Below are positions 19,942 through 28,337 of a stretch of 32,000 nt of DNA, piece after piece. The DNA comes from Candidatus Pelagibacter sp. HTCC7211. GTDB taxonomy: Bacteria > Pseudomonadota > Alphaproteobacteria > Pelagibacterales > Pelagibacteraceae. The stretch spans positions 1,380,001 to 1,412,000 of the forward strand of contig NZ_DS995298.1 of assembly GCF_000155895.1 (NCBI RefSeq), in the 5' to 3' direction. The notes under the pieces were generated by a model, which was not told where the DNA came from, did not search any database, and saw only the letters and a program-made list of their open reading frames with translations. The translations under genes were made by a program, and so were the position numbers. Every line of letters begins with the position of its first letter. Positions within the stretch are counted from its first letter, which is position 1.

Positions 19942-20896
19942 ACTTTGCTTTTTGAATTACAGATTGATTTGCATTAGGGTATTGTAATTCAACACCATTA
20001 ATCATTTTACAACCTTGATCTTTTTCTCCTATCTGAACCATTGATACACCAAGTTTTAATAAATTTATAGGAGCCTTATTACCTTTTGGATATTTTTGAT
20101 AACCCTCTAGGTAAGCTGATGCAGCATCAGTATAAAGTTGTCTTATTCTAAATGTTTCTGCATACCAATATTGAGCACTTCCTGCTAATTCATGTTCTCT
20201 GTTTGATAAAACAAATTCTCTAAATGCCCTTTCTGCGGTGCTATAGTCTCCAACTTTTAAGAAACTAGTAGCAAACTCATATTGTTTTTTAGGTGATAAA
20301 TCTTGTGGAAGTATTTTTTCCTCTGCTTGAAAAGTTTCAGTTATAACTGTTGCTGTTGTATCTACAGATTGGATCTGCTGAGATGTTTCAGAAGTTTCTG
20401 TATCTTTATATGATATTGATCCAAGGTCTTGAGGTTGAGAAGTGCCTGGTAATATTTGGTTAGACTCTATTTTGGGTTTTGATGTCATCTTTGTTGTTGC
20501 TCCAGTGTTCATTGATGTCTCAATATCTTGAAATCTTATTTGATTGTCAGCCTGAATTTTAGACAACCTATTGGATAATTTATCTAATTTAAAATTTATT
20601 TCCTCAAATTTATTTGTCAGTTGTCTAAATTGATCTTCTACTTCTGATAATTTTAATAAATGTCTTGTAAGAACATCTTCAGAATTAGCATCCAATTCAA
20701 CATTAGAATTTTCTTTATTTGTAGTTTTTATCTCAATTGAACCTGAGTAAACTGCTCTTTCAAGAGTTTTAAGATCATTCTGTATATTTTCTAATGTTTC
20801 ATAAATATTATGATTATCTGCAAAAGAAATTTTAGTAGAAATTAAGCTTAGTATAAAAAATATATTTAGAATTATTATTTTTAATGAAAACCTCAT
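19901..20896 (-). CDS. cpoB: Tol-Pal system protein CpoB/YbgF (signal peptide, coiled coil, low-complexity linker, C-terminal TPR)
   Basis: N-terminal signal-like MRFSLKIIILNIFFILSLISTKISFA, then heptad-rich LKTLERAV...LDKLSNRLSKIQ. A C-terminal TPR-like block (YEFATSFLKVGDYSTAERAFREFV...YPKGNKAPINLLKLGVS) follows. The gene sits directly after pal. Confidence 0.8.
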   Translation of the reverse strand: MRFSLKIIILNIFFILSLISTKISFADNHNIYETLENIQNDLKTLERAVYSGSIEIKTTNKENSNVELDANSEDVLTRHLLKLSEVEDQFRQLTNKFEEINFKLDKLSNRLSKIQADNQIRFQDIETSMNTGATTKMTSKPKIESNQILPGTSQPQDLGSISYKDTETSETSQQIQSVDTTATVITETFQAEEKILPQDLSPKKQYEFATSFLKVGDYSTAERAFREFVLSNREHELAGSAQYWYAETFRIRQLYTDAASAYLEGYQKYPKGNKAPINLLKLGVSMVQIGEKDQGCKMINGVELQYPNANQSVIQKAKYESKKFECTKQDS

Positions 20897-20927
20897 GACA
20901 AAATTAGTTTATGATTATAAAAATGGC

Positions 20928-20965
20928 AAAAAAAAGACCCTAAAACTTTTAGCTTTAGGGTCTTT
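20928..20965 (-). terminator. Rho-independent terminator downstream of pal
   Basis: On the minus strand, a 12-bp perfect stem AAAGACCCTAAA / TTTAGGGTCTTT (20965..20954 pairs with 20944..20933) encloses a 9-nt loop. The stem runs straight into a T tract, giving 8 consecutive T including the stem end. It starts 13 nt after the pal stop codon. Confidence 0.65.
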
Positions 20966-20977
20966 AAATTAATTTTG

Positions 20978-21475
20978 TTAATTTGCTTTAACAGTTACTG
21001 ATCTTCTGTTTTTTGACCAAGCTAATGGACTTGAACCACCATCCACTGGTCTTTCTTTACCATAACTAAGAACTGATATTCTGTCTGAAGAAATTCCATA
21101 AGTCATTAGGTAATCCTTAGCTGAATTTGCTCTTCTTTCTCCTAAAGCTAAGTTATACTCTCTAGTACCCCTTTCATCAGCGTGTCCTTCTAATACTATA
21201 TTGATGCTAGAATTTTTTCTTAACCAAGCCGCTTGAGCTCTTAAAGTTTCTCTTGAGGCAGTAGTTAATATTGACTCGTTTGTTGCAAAGAAAACTCTAT
21301 CAGGAACACCATCAGCTAAATATTCAACTGTATCTGTTCCAGTATAAACATCACTTTGCATTTGTCCTTGGATGTCTGTTGAAGTAGTTACTTCTTTTTT
21401 TGTTGCACAAGCTGATAAGACCAGGCATGCCGCTAATAACAATAGTGTGTTTTTAAAAATTTTGCTTAATATCAT
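20978..21475 (-). CDS. pal: Peptidoglycan-associated lipoprotein Pal (OmpA-like C-terminal domain)
   Basis: The lipoprotein signal MILSKIFKNTLLLLAACLVLSAC carries an LSAC lipobox. The OmpA-like domain shows LEGHADERGTREYNLALGERRA. I chose the start at ATG 21475 because a strong AAGGAG sits 7 nt upstream. The longest ORF begins at 21502. Confidence 0.9.
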   Translation of the reverse strand: MILSKIFKNTLLLLAACLVLSACATKKEVTTSTDIQGQMQSDVYTGTDTVEYLADGVPDRVFFATNESILTTASRETLRAQAAWLRKNSSINIVLEGHADERGTREYNLALGERRANSAKDYLMTYGISSDRISVLSYGKERPVDGGSSPLAWSKNRRSVTVKAN

Positions 21476-21482
21476 TAAATTG

Positions 21483-21488
21483 CTCCTT
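21483..21488 (-). promoter_or_regulatory. Shine-Dalgarno sequence (AAGGAG) for pal
   Basis: The plus strand reads ctcctt at 21483..21488, which is AAGGAG on the minus strand, 7 nt upstream of ATG 21475. Such clear SD sequences are otherwise hard to find before the start codons I examined in this window. Confidence 0.5.
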
Positions 21489-21572
21489 GCTGCTAATTTC
21501 AATAAACTATTTTTTCACAACTAATTAGAGGTTTCAAGTCTAAAAATCAAGATATTTCAATTAATTAACAAA

Positions 21573-22916
21573 CTAATTACTCAATAAAGATGACCATGAT
21601 GGGTCCGACGCATCAGTTGGGGTAGTCACTAAACGCTCATTATATCCTGTTAAATCAATAGACCAGAGTTTAGCAGAAAAACCTTCGCCTTTTGCGTTAG
21701 TCTTTGTTTCTCTATAAAAAATCAAGACTCTGCCATTAGGCGACCAAGACGGGGCTTCTTGATAATAATTTTCAGTTAATAGTCTTTCTCCAGTTCCATC
21801 AGTTCTCATAACACCAATATAAAATTTTCCATTATGTAACTTTGTGAAAGCAATTAGATCTCCTCTTGGAGACCAAACTGGTGTTCCATAAATCCCATTA
21901 CCAAATGAAATTCTCTTAACATCACTACCATCATTTTTCATAATATAAATTTGTTGGTATCCACTTCTATCAGAATTAAATGCAATGAATTTTCCATTTG
22001 GAGAATAAGATGGAGATGTGTCAATTGAAGGATGATTTGTAATTCGTTCAACTATTCTATTTTCCAAGTCCATTGTAAAAATATCTGACTTACCATCTTT
22101 TGCAAAACTCATTATTATTTTTTTACCATCTGGAGAAAATCTTGGAGCAAATGTCATCCCTGGAAAATCTCCAACTACCTCTTGGGTCCCTGTCTCAATA
22201 TCTAAAAGATATACTCTAGGTAAATTTTTAAAGTATGACAAATATGTAACCATCTGACTAGTGGGATTAAATCTTGGAGTTAATACAAGTTCATTTCCAA
22301 GTGTCAAAAACTTATTATTAGCTCCATCTTGATCCATTATTGCTAATTTTTTTTTTCTTTGTGTTTTTGGACCCTCTTCAGCAACATAAATTATTCTAGT
22401 ATCAAAATATCCTTTTTCCCCTGTTAGTCTTTCATAAATTTTATCTGATATTATATGTCCAACTCTTCTCCAGTTATTAGGAACTGTAGTGAATGCAAGT
22501 GCCATCATTTCTTTACCTGCAAGTACGTCCCATAATCTAAATTCAACTCTTAATTTTTCATCAATATATGCTACTTTGCCAGTGATCAACGCTTGAGCTT
22601 TAATTAAATTCCAATCTTCAAATCTTGGTTTTAAATTTGCTATATCTGGTGCTTGTAAAAATGCATCTTTGTTTAACGGATTAAAGAGTCCAGATGTTCT
22701 TAAATTATTTTCAACAATAATTGAAATCTCAGATCCAATATTTTCTTTATCAAGAATTTTTTCAAAGCTTTTTTTAGAATTTTCATCAATAGATAACGGT
22801 GAGACTGCTAATGGTAATGGGTTTAAATTTCCTCTTGTAATATCAACTTCAATTAAAGCAAATGCCTTAATTGGAATTATTAAAAATAAACATATAAAAA
22901 TTAATTTTTTTTTCAT
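21573..22916 (-). CDS. tolB: Tol-Pal system beta-propeller protein TolB
   Basis: Signal peptide [20 protein letters not shown], an N-terminal TolB domain, and repeated propeller blades ([45 protein letters not shown]). Confidence 0.95.
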   Translation of the reverse strand: MKKKLIFICLFLIIPIKAFALIEVDITRGNLNPLPLAVSPLSIDENSKKSFEKILDKENIGSEISIIVENNLRTSGLFNPLNKDAFLQAPDIANLKPRFEDWNLIKAQALITGKVAYIDEKLRVEFRLWDVLAGKEMMALAFTTVPNNWRRVGHIISDKIYERLTGEKGYFDTRIIYVAEEGPKTQRKKKLAIMDQDGANNKFLTLGNELVLTPRFNPTSQMVTYLSYFKNLPRVYLLDIETGTQEVVGDFPGMTFAPRFSPDGKKIIMSFAKDGKSDIFTMDLENRIVERITNHPSIDTSPSYSPNGKFIAFNSDRSGYQQIYIMKNDGSDVKRISFGNGIYGTPVWSPRGDLIAFTKLHNGKFYIGVMRTDGTGERLLTENYYQEAPSWSPNGRVLIFYRETKTNAKGEGFSAKLWSIDLTGYNERLVTTPTDASDPSWSSLLSN

Positions 22917-22925
22917 TTACTTATC

Positions 22926-23804
22926 TTAACCTTCTAACATCTCTCTTGCATCAAAATTTAATTGTAATTCTTTCCATCTTTCATATCCTGTATTCGGAAC
23001 TCTTAACGGCTGACACAATTTAACTGCTCTTAAAGCACTTTCTGCTAAAACTTTATAGAACCCTTGACCAGGTTTATTCATTCTAGCATGATCTAATATT
23101 TCAGTTTTTGCAACCGATCCATCTGGCTCCAATTTTAATTTAATTCTAACTAATAAATCCTCATTGTAAGGCAAACCTAGTGGGACACTCCAACAACCAA
23201 AAATTTGTGCCTTTAAAGCATCTTCCTCACTTAAAGTTAGTTTATTAGACTCAATATTTCTATCTTGATCTTGTGTAATATCATTATTTTTCTTTATATT
23301 ATCTGTTTCCTCAATTTTAGATTTATCAATTAAAGCTGCTATGTTGCTTGGATCAAATAAATCTTTTTTTTCGAACTCTGATACTTGTTTTACTTCATTA
23401 TCTACCTTTTCAGGATTTTGTCTGGTTTCTTTTTTTTTTTCTATTTTCTTAACTGTTTTATCCGGTAGAGGGATTGCCTCTGGTTTTTGGTTGTCAATTT
23501 TTTCTTTTTGGTTATCTAACGAAACAACAGTTTTAGTTTTTGATTTTTTAACTTTTTTTGGAGGGGCTTGTTCAGATACTAATTTTTTTTCTTTTTCTTT
23601 TAACTTCTTTTTCTTTTTTTTTTCAATTATTTTTTTTGCTTTAGGTGCAAAAGGAATATTTGTCTTTTCTGCAATTTGTATTAGTTCAACTGAGACTACT
23701 GGAGGAATATCAATTGGTTTTTTTGCTAAAAAAGGGAGACTCATTGCTGTAATAAAAATTAGAGCGCCATGTAAAACAGAAGATATAATTAAACTTCTAT
23801 TCAC
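22926..23804 (-). CDS. tolA: TolA-like protein (N-terminal TM anchor, Lys/Glu-rich linker, TonB/TolA C-terminal domain)
   Basis: TM anchor IISSVLHGALIFITAMSLPF, a long K/E/P-rich spacer (KKKKKKLKEKEKK...), and a C-terminal IFGCWSVP...VRIKLKLEPDGSV fold-like region. The gene lies between tolR and tolB. Confidence 0.8.
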   Translation of the reverse strand: MNRSLIISSVLHGALIFITAMSLPFLAKKPIDIPPVVSVELIQIAEKTNIPFAPKAKKIIEKKKKKKLKEKEKKLVSEQAPPKKVKKSKTKTVVSLDNQKEKIDNQKPEAIPLPDKTVKKIEKKKETRQNPEKVDNEVKQVSEFEKKDLFDPSNIAALIDKSKIEETDNIKKNNDITQDQDRNIESNKLTLSEEDALKAQIFGCWSVPLGLPYNEDLLVRIKLKLEPDGSVAKTEILDHARMNKPGQGFYKVLAESALRAVKLCQPLRVPNTGYERWKELQLNFDAREMLEG

Positions 23805-23810
23805 TTTAAA

Positions 23811-24227
23811 TTACCTTTGTTTTAATGGTTCAGAAATCAATGCAACTTTTGTAAAGCCGGAGCCTGATAACAATCCCATTATTTCAAGGACTCTGCCATA
23901 ATTTATAGTTTTATCTCCTCGAACATAAATTCTTGTATCTGTTCTATTTTTTGAGACTGCTAATACTTTTGCAATTATATTGTCAAATTCAACTTTTGCT
24001 TCTTGAATGAAAATCTCTCCTTTTGAATTAATAGATAGAGTAAGTGGTTCTGCTTCCTCTGGAAGAGAGTCAGCTGAACTTTCTGGTAAATCAACTTGTA
24101 CTCCAACGGTTAATAATGGAGCTGTAACCATAAAAATAATTAAAAGAACTAACATTACATCAACAAAAGGGGTTACGTTGATTTCGCTAATTGGTTCTTT
24201 TGATAAACGATTAAGTTTAAAAGCCAT
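23811..24227 (-). CDS. tolR: Tol-Pal system protein TolR (ExbD/TolR family)
   Basis: INVTPFVDVMLVLLIIFMVTAP is the family-defining TM segment with its Asp. The length is 138 aa. The gene abuts tolQ with zero spacer. Confidence 0.9.
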   Translation of the reverse strand: MAFKLNRLSKEPISEINVTPFVDVMLVLLIIFMVTAPLLTVGVQVDLPESSADSLPEEAEPLTLSINSKGEIFIQEAKVEFDNIIAKVLAVSKNRTDTRIYVRGDKTINYGRVLEIMGLLSGSGFTKVALISEPLKQR

Positions 24228-24902
24228 TTAGATAATTGTTAAAAATTTTTTAGAGAAGTTTTCTAGTTTTTGAGAATATTTTTGAGAATCTGTATTGAAT
24301 TTATTATAAGCTACGACAGCTGGAATGGCAGCTAACAATCCAAGAGCTGTAGCAAATAAAGCTTCTGCAATACCTGGTGCAACAATAGCTAAACTAGTAT
24401 TTCTTGAAATTGCTATTGACTGAAACGAATTCATTATTCCCCAGACTGTTCCAAATAAACCTATAAAGGGTGCAGTTGAACCTACCGTTGCCAAAAAAGT
24501 AAACCCTTTATCAATTTTTGTCATCTGTTTTTCAACTCCAGTCTCTAACATTGCAGTCATTCTCTCACTTAAATTTGTTTTAGATTTCTTTTTTAATAAT
24601 CCTTCCATAGCACTTTGAAAAACTAGAGCCATTGGATCCTCAACTTTTGTTGGTAAACTGTTATAAAAATTTTCAGCAGATTTTGAGTTCCAAAATTTTT
24701 CTTCAAATTCCTCTGATGATTTATTTATTTTTTTAAATAATCTAAACTTTTCAATAATTACTGCCCAAGAATATATTGAACATAGAATTAAAATTATAAT
24801 TACTGATTTTACTACTATATCCGCTCGTAAAAAAAGGCTTAGCAAAGAAAAATCAGTATTAGTTCCTAATCCAACTGCTTGAGATGCGATATCAGCTTCC
24901 AT
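24228..24902 (-). CDS. tolQ: Tol-Pal system protein TolQ (MotA/TolQ/ExbB proton channel)
   Basis: Three TM segments, with the conserved TVGSTAPFIGLFGTVWGIMNSF and GIAEALFATALGL motifs. Confidence 0.9.
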   Translation of the reverse strand: MEADIASQAVGLGTNTDFSLLSLFLRADIVVKSVIIILILCSIYSWAVIIEKFRLFKKINKSSEEFEEKFWNSKSAENFYNSLPTKVEDPMALVFQSAMEGLLKKKSKTNLSERMTAMLETGVEKQMTKIDKGFTFLATVGSTAPFIGLFGTVWGIMNSFQSIAISRNTSLAIVAPGIAEALFATALGLLAAIPAVVAYNKFNTDSQKYSQKLENFSKKFLTII

Positions 24903-24951
24903 ATTTACTCATCACACTTAAATGTGTCATGATTTTGACTTTTATTTTTGA

Positions 24952-25446
24952 TTAATCATCTAGTTTATAAGTTTCATAATAAAAACTAGCTAAAAGAATA
25001 GCATCTGCTTTATTTGAGTCTTTTTTTCTTGATAATTGTGATGAAAAATATGGAAAAACTTCAATTGCTCTTGTTCTGCTCGCGTCTTTTTCTGAATTTA
25101 TAAGGTTAAAATATTTTTTCCATTTTGCTGGTCTTACAAAATACATTGGCAATTGCATTGCTGAACATATTCCTTTTAAAATTCCAAATGATTGACCAAA
25201 ATTAAACATACTGGTCACCCCTTGACCTGGCATTGCGGATACTTGTTCAATTACCACTTTTATATCTTTTTTATCAATCTTTTTAATTCTATAGGAAATT
25301 TCATTGAAAATTTGAGAACCATTCACTTGTTTTTTATTTTTCTTACCCTCTATCATTGTAGGCATTTCCACAACATCAATTATTTTTCCATCCTGAAAAA
25401 AACAAATCGATCCTGAAATACCTGGGTCAATTCCAATAACTAACAT
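24952..25446 (-). CDS. ruvC: RuvC-fold Holliday junction resolvase, non-canonical sequence type
   Basis: MLVIGIDPG supplies the first acidic residue, VVIEQV the second, and the C-terminal NKADAILLA the last. The 164-aa ORF overlaps the yebC stop by 1 nt, which is the canonical ruvC position. The central block AMPGQGVTSMFNFGQSFG and VRPAKWKK differ from the canonical RuvC pattern (see findings). Confidence 0.7.
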   Translation of the reverse strand: MLVIGIDPGISGSICFFQDGKIIDVVEMPTMIEGKKNKKQVNGSQIFNEISYRIKKIDKKDIKVVIEQVSAMPGQGVTSMFNFGQSFGILKGICSAMQLPMYFVRPAKWKKYFNLINSEKDASRTRAIEVFPYFSSQLSRKKDSNKADAILLASFYYETYKLDD

Positions 25447-26171
25447 TAGATATTACCGAGTTGAACATTTGAATAAACATTTTGAACATCATCATCATCC
25501 TCAATAGTTTCTAAAAATTCAATTACATCCTCTCTTCTATCATTTGTAACATTAACACTATTTAATGGAACCCACTCAATCTCTGTTGAAATAAAATTTG
25601 CAACTATCTTTTCTAATTTTTTTTTAACATTATAAATTTCACTTACGGGACATTGAATTTCATGAAATTCATCATTTGAAATGCATTCATCTGCACCCGA
25701 CTCTATAGCTAGCTCAAAAATATTTTCATCGGAAATTTCATTTCTATCAATTTTGATAATACCTAATTGATTAAAATTATGAGAAGCGGATCCTTGGGTT
25801 CCTAAACTTCCACCACTTTTTTGAAATATAGTTCTAATATTTGAGGCAGTTCTATTTTTATTGTCAGTTAAAGTTTCAACTATAACTGCTATTTTATCAG
25901 GACCAAAACCCTCATATCTCAAATTTTCAAAATTTACTCCCGATGCAGCAGCAGATTTATCTATTGCTCTTTCTATATTATCTTTTGGCATATTAGCAGA
26001 TCTTGCTGCTTGAATTGCTGACCTTAACCTTGGATTCATTACAGGATCTTTATCTCCTAGTTTTGCTGCTACAGTAATTTCTTTTGATAATTTTGAAAAT
26101 ATTTTTGAACGTTGTTTGTCAGCTTTTCCTTTTTTATGTTTTATACCAGCCCAATGAGAATGTCCTGCCAT
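25446..26171 (-). CDS. yebC: YebC/PmpR (TACO1) family DNA-binding regulator / translation factor
   Basis: The N-terminus MAGHSHWAGIKHKKGKADKQRSKIFSKLSKEITVAAK is essentially invariant in this family. The length is 241 aa. Confidence 0.9.
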   Translation of the reverse strand: MAGHSHWAGIKHKKGKADKQRSKIFSKLSKEITVAAKLGDKDPVMNPRLRSAIQAARSANMPKDNIERAIDKSAAASGVNFENLRYEGFGPDKIAVIVETLTDNKNRTASNIRTIFQKSGGSLGTQGSASHNFNQLGIIKIDRNEISDENIFELAIESGADECISNDEFHEIQCPVSEIYNVKKKLEKIVANFISTEIEWVPLNSVNVTNDRREDVIEFLETIEDDDDVQNVYSNVQLGNI

Positions 26172-26175
26172 TTTT

Positions 26176-26979
26176 TTAAGTATTTTTTAGTTGAGCTCCA
26201 TTAATGTAACTTTCGATATTTTTAGCTAAACCAGTTTGTATATCACATTCAACAATTACACCACACAAAGTAGCCTCTCCAGTGGCTGGAAAATGTTTTG
26301 TTGAATTTTTTTTTAAAAATCTATTTAATGAATTTTCTTTATTCATTCCAATTACAGAGTTGTAATCACCACACATTCCTGCATCTGTTTGATATCCAGT
26401 GCCATTCTGTAAAATTCTTGCATCATTAGTTGGAATATGAGTATGTGTTCCAACTACTAACGAAGCTTTGCCGTCAAAAAACTGACCGATTGCATTTTTT
26501 TCACTTGTTATTTCTCCATGAAAATCAACAACTAGAAAATCATAATCCTCTTTTAATTTAAATTGCTTCATAAATTTGTCTGAAATTTCAAAAACATCCT
26601 CACATTTTTTCATGAAAACATTTCCCATTAAATTTAATACTCCAATTTTGATGTTTTCATTTGTTTCATATATATTAAAACCTTTTCCAGGTGCTGGTTC
26701 AAAAAGATTTTTTGGACGTAATAACCTATCCTCTTTATCTATAAATTCCATTATCTCTTTTTGATCCCATACATGATTTCCAGTCGTAATAACATTTACA
26801 CCACAATTAAAAAAATCATTGCATATCTCTTTTGTCAAACCTACGCCTTCTATTGCGGCATTTTCAGCATTAACAATTACAAAATCAATTTTTTTTGTCT
26901 CAATTTCATTTAATAGACAATTCATTAATTTTGAACACCCAGATACTCCAACCACATCTCCTAAAAATAAAATTTTCAT
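26176..26979 (-). CDS. YmdB-family metallophosphoesterase (2',3'-cyclic-nucleotide phosphodiesterase-like)
   Basis: MKILFLGDVVG, VIVNAENAA.G.G, TTGNHVWD, DFHGE and GTHTHIPT match the calcineurin-like YmdB (TIGR00282-type) pattern. Confidence 0.8.
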   Translation of the reverse strand: MKILFLGDVVGVSGCSKLMNCLLNEIETKKIDFVIVNAENAAIEGVGLTKEICNDFFNCGVNVITTGNHVWDQKEIMEFIDKEDRLLRPKNLFEPAPGKGFNIYETNENIKIGVLNLMGNVFMKKCEDVFEISDKFMKQFKLKEDYDFLVVDFHGEITSEKNAIGQFFDGKASLVVGTHTHIPTNDARILQNGTGYQTDAGMCGDYNSVIGMNKENSLNRFLKKNSTKHFPATGEATLCGVIVECDIQTGLAKNIESYINGAQLKNT

Positions 26980-27521
26980 TGTAAAATTTCTTTTTCTGTA
27001 ATTATAAAATCTAATTTTTTATCAAATTTATTTGTAGGTATTTTTTTTATTTTTTGATACGAAAAAGCTAACCCAATTTTAATAACTTTTTTTACTTTTT
27101 CAATTTTTTCAATATAACGATCATAGAAACCTCCACCATAACCTAATCTATTTAATTCATTATCAAAAGAGACTAGTGGAACTAATAAAATATCAGGGAC
27201 GATAATCTTTGATGAGATAGGTTCAGGTATTCCAAATTTATTTATTTTTAATGGATCATTTCTTGACCATTGTAAAAAATTCATTTGATTATTTTTTTTT
27301 ATAACTGGTAATGAAATATGAAATTTTTTTTTTTCCATCATTTCTAAAATTTTTAAGTCATCAATTTCAAAATTTGACGTAAAATATCCACCTATATTTT
27401 TAGACTTTAATTTATTTATTTTTAAAAAGTAAAAAAATTTATTTAAGTTAATTTCAAGCTTCTTATTAGAGTTTTTTTTTCTAATTTTTAAAATTTTACT
27501 TCTTAACTTAAATTTATTCAC
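26976..27521 (-). CDS. 5-formyltetrahydrofolate cyclo-ligase
   Basis: The C-terminal motif LVPLVSFDNELNRLGYGGGFYDRY is diagnostic. The length is 181 aa. The position downstream of zapA mirrors the zapA-ssrS-ygfA context of E. coli. Confidence 0.85.
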   Translation of the reverse strand: MNKFKLRSKILKIRKKNSNKKLEINLNKFFYFLKINKLKSKNIGGYFTSNFEIDDLKILEMMEKKKFHISLPVIKKNNQMNFLQWSRNDPLKINKFGIPEPISSKIIVPDILLVPLVSFDNELNRLGYGGGFYDRYIEKIEKVKKVIKIGLAFSYQKIKKIPTNKFDKKLDFIITEKEILQ

Positions 27522-27526
27522 AAAAT

Positions 27527-27973
27527 TTATTGAGATTTATTATCTTGTTTAGCCTTTTCAACAAAACTTGATATTTCATCTGCGGCTTCATCAATCAATT
27601 GTTCATATTTTTTTTGATTCACTTCAATCTCATCATTGAATTTTTGATGACTATTTTTTAATTCTTGAATTTCTTCTTCTTTCTTATCTCTGTAATCATA
27701 TATTAAAGACTTTAATTCTTTAAATTTGTTTGAGAGGTCTTTAAATTCGTTTTTTTTTTGATCTACATTTTTTTTGGTTTCATAATATTCATCCATAATC
27801 TTTACAGCAGTGATTAAAAGTAATTTATTTTCTCCCAAATTACCTAGGTCGTTTTTCAAATTATTAAATTTTTGATTTATATGGATTAATAACTCTTCAA
27901 GATGTTCTTCTTGACCGTCCTCACAAGACAATAAAAACTCTTTATTGTTAAATTTAATACTTACATTTGCCAT
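27527..27973 (-). CDS. zapA: Cell division protein ZapA with an extended C-terminal coiled coil
   Basis: The N-terminal domain VSIKFNNKEFLLSCEDGQEEHLEELLIHINQKFNNL...LLLITAVKIMDEY aligns by eye with the E. coli ZapA pattern (I-x-G-R-x-x-x-V-x-C...L..AA..L...L...AL). About 75 further heptad-rich residues follow. Confidence 0.75.
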   Translation of the reverse strand: MANVSIKFNNKEFLLSCEDGQEEHLEELLIHINQKFNNLKNDLGNLGENKLLLITAVKIMDEYYETKKNVDQKKNEFKDLSNKFKELKSLIYDYRDKKEEEIQELKNSHQKFNDEIEVNQKKYEQLIDEAADEISSFVEKAKQDNKSQ

Positions 27974-28284
27974 TTGTCTATTTCATCTAATAAAGTATCT
28001 GTTTCTTGATTTAATTCATCAATTTTTTCAGAAAATTCAGCCTGTTTTTTCTGTTCTTTTTTTTCTTGATTTTGAATTTCTTCTAGTTTTTTTGTTAAAC
28101 TTTCATGTTCTTCTATTAAAATTTTATATTTTTGTTCTAATTCAGATTTTTCAATTTCTAATTGATTTTTTTGAATACTTAAATTTTCAATATTATTTTG
28201 TAAATCAGGATTACTTAGATCTAAATTTTTTAGTTCTAATAAGGCTTCATTTAATTTTTTTTCTTTTTCGATTATAGAATTCAT
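27961..28284 (-). CDS. Small all-coiled-coil protein (DUF4164 / ZapB-ZauP-like candidate)
   Basis: The 107 aa are almost entirely heptad-like, E/K/L/Q/N rich. The gene lies directly upstream of zapA and overlaps it by 13 nt. This position matches the small coiled-coil gene that precedes zapA in other alphaproteobacteria, as recalled from memory. The function call is by context only. Confidence 0.5.
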   Translation of the reverse strand: MNSIIEKEKKLNEALLELKNLDLSNPDLQNNIENLSIQKNQLEIEKSELEQKYKILIEEHESLTKKLEEIQNQEKKEQKKQAEFSEKIDELNQETDTLLDEIDKWQM

Positions 28285-28337
28285 ATATATATGTTTATAT
28301 TATTAAATAGAATCTTCTTAGTCTAGTCAGGATAATT

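Noticed and set aside
23430-23640. Homopolymer tracts (an 11-T run at 23430..23440 and a 10-T run near 23617..23626) inside tolA, considered as possible slipped-strand phase-variation sites.
   Set aside because: They encode the poly-Lys stretches of the TolA linker, where AAA is the favoured Lys codon in an AT-rich genome. Similar 7-10 nt A/T runs occur inside many other genes in the window. An essential envelope gene in a free-living streamlined genome is an unlikely contingency locus.
23341-23901. A 186-aa ORF antisense to tolA and the tolR 3' end.
   Set aside because: It is the complement of the Lys/Glu-rich tolA linker: AAA/GAA codons read as TTT/TTC, which gives F/S/L runs. It spans a gene boundary and has no plausible start context. 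It is a shadow ORF.
27522-27526. Looked for a 6S RNA (ssrS) gene between zapA and the 5-formyl-THF cyclo-ligase gene, where it sits in E. coli and many other proteobacteria.
   Set aside because: The spacer is only 5 nt. The flanking sequence is clean, uninterrupted ORF in an AT-rich genome where random ORFs are short. A 6S RNA of about 180 nt cannot be a separate gene here, so if present it must be elsewhere in the genome.
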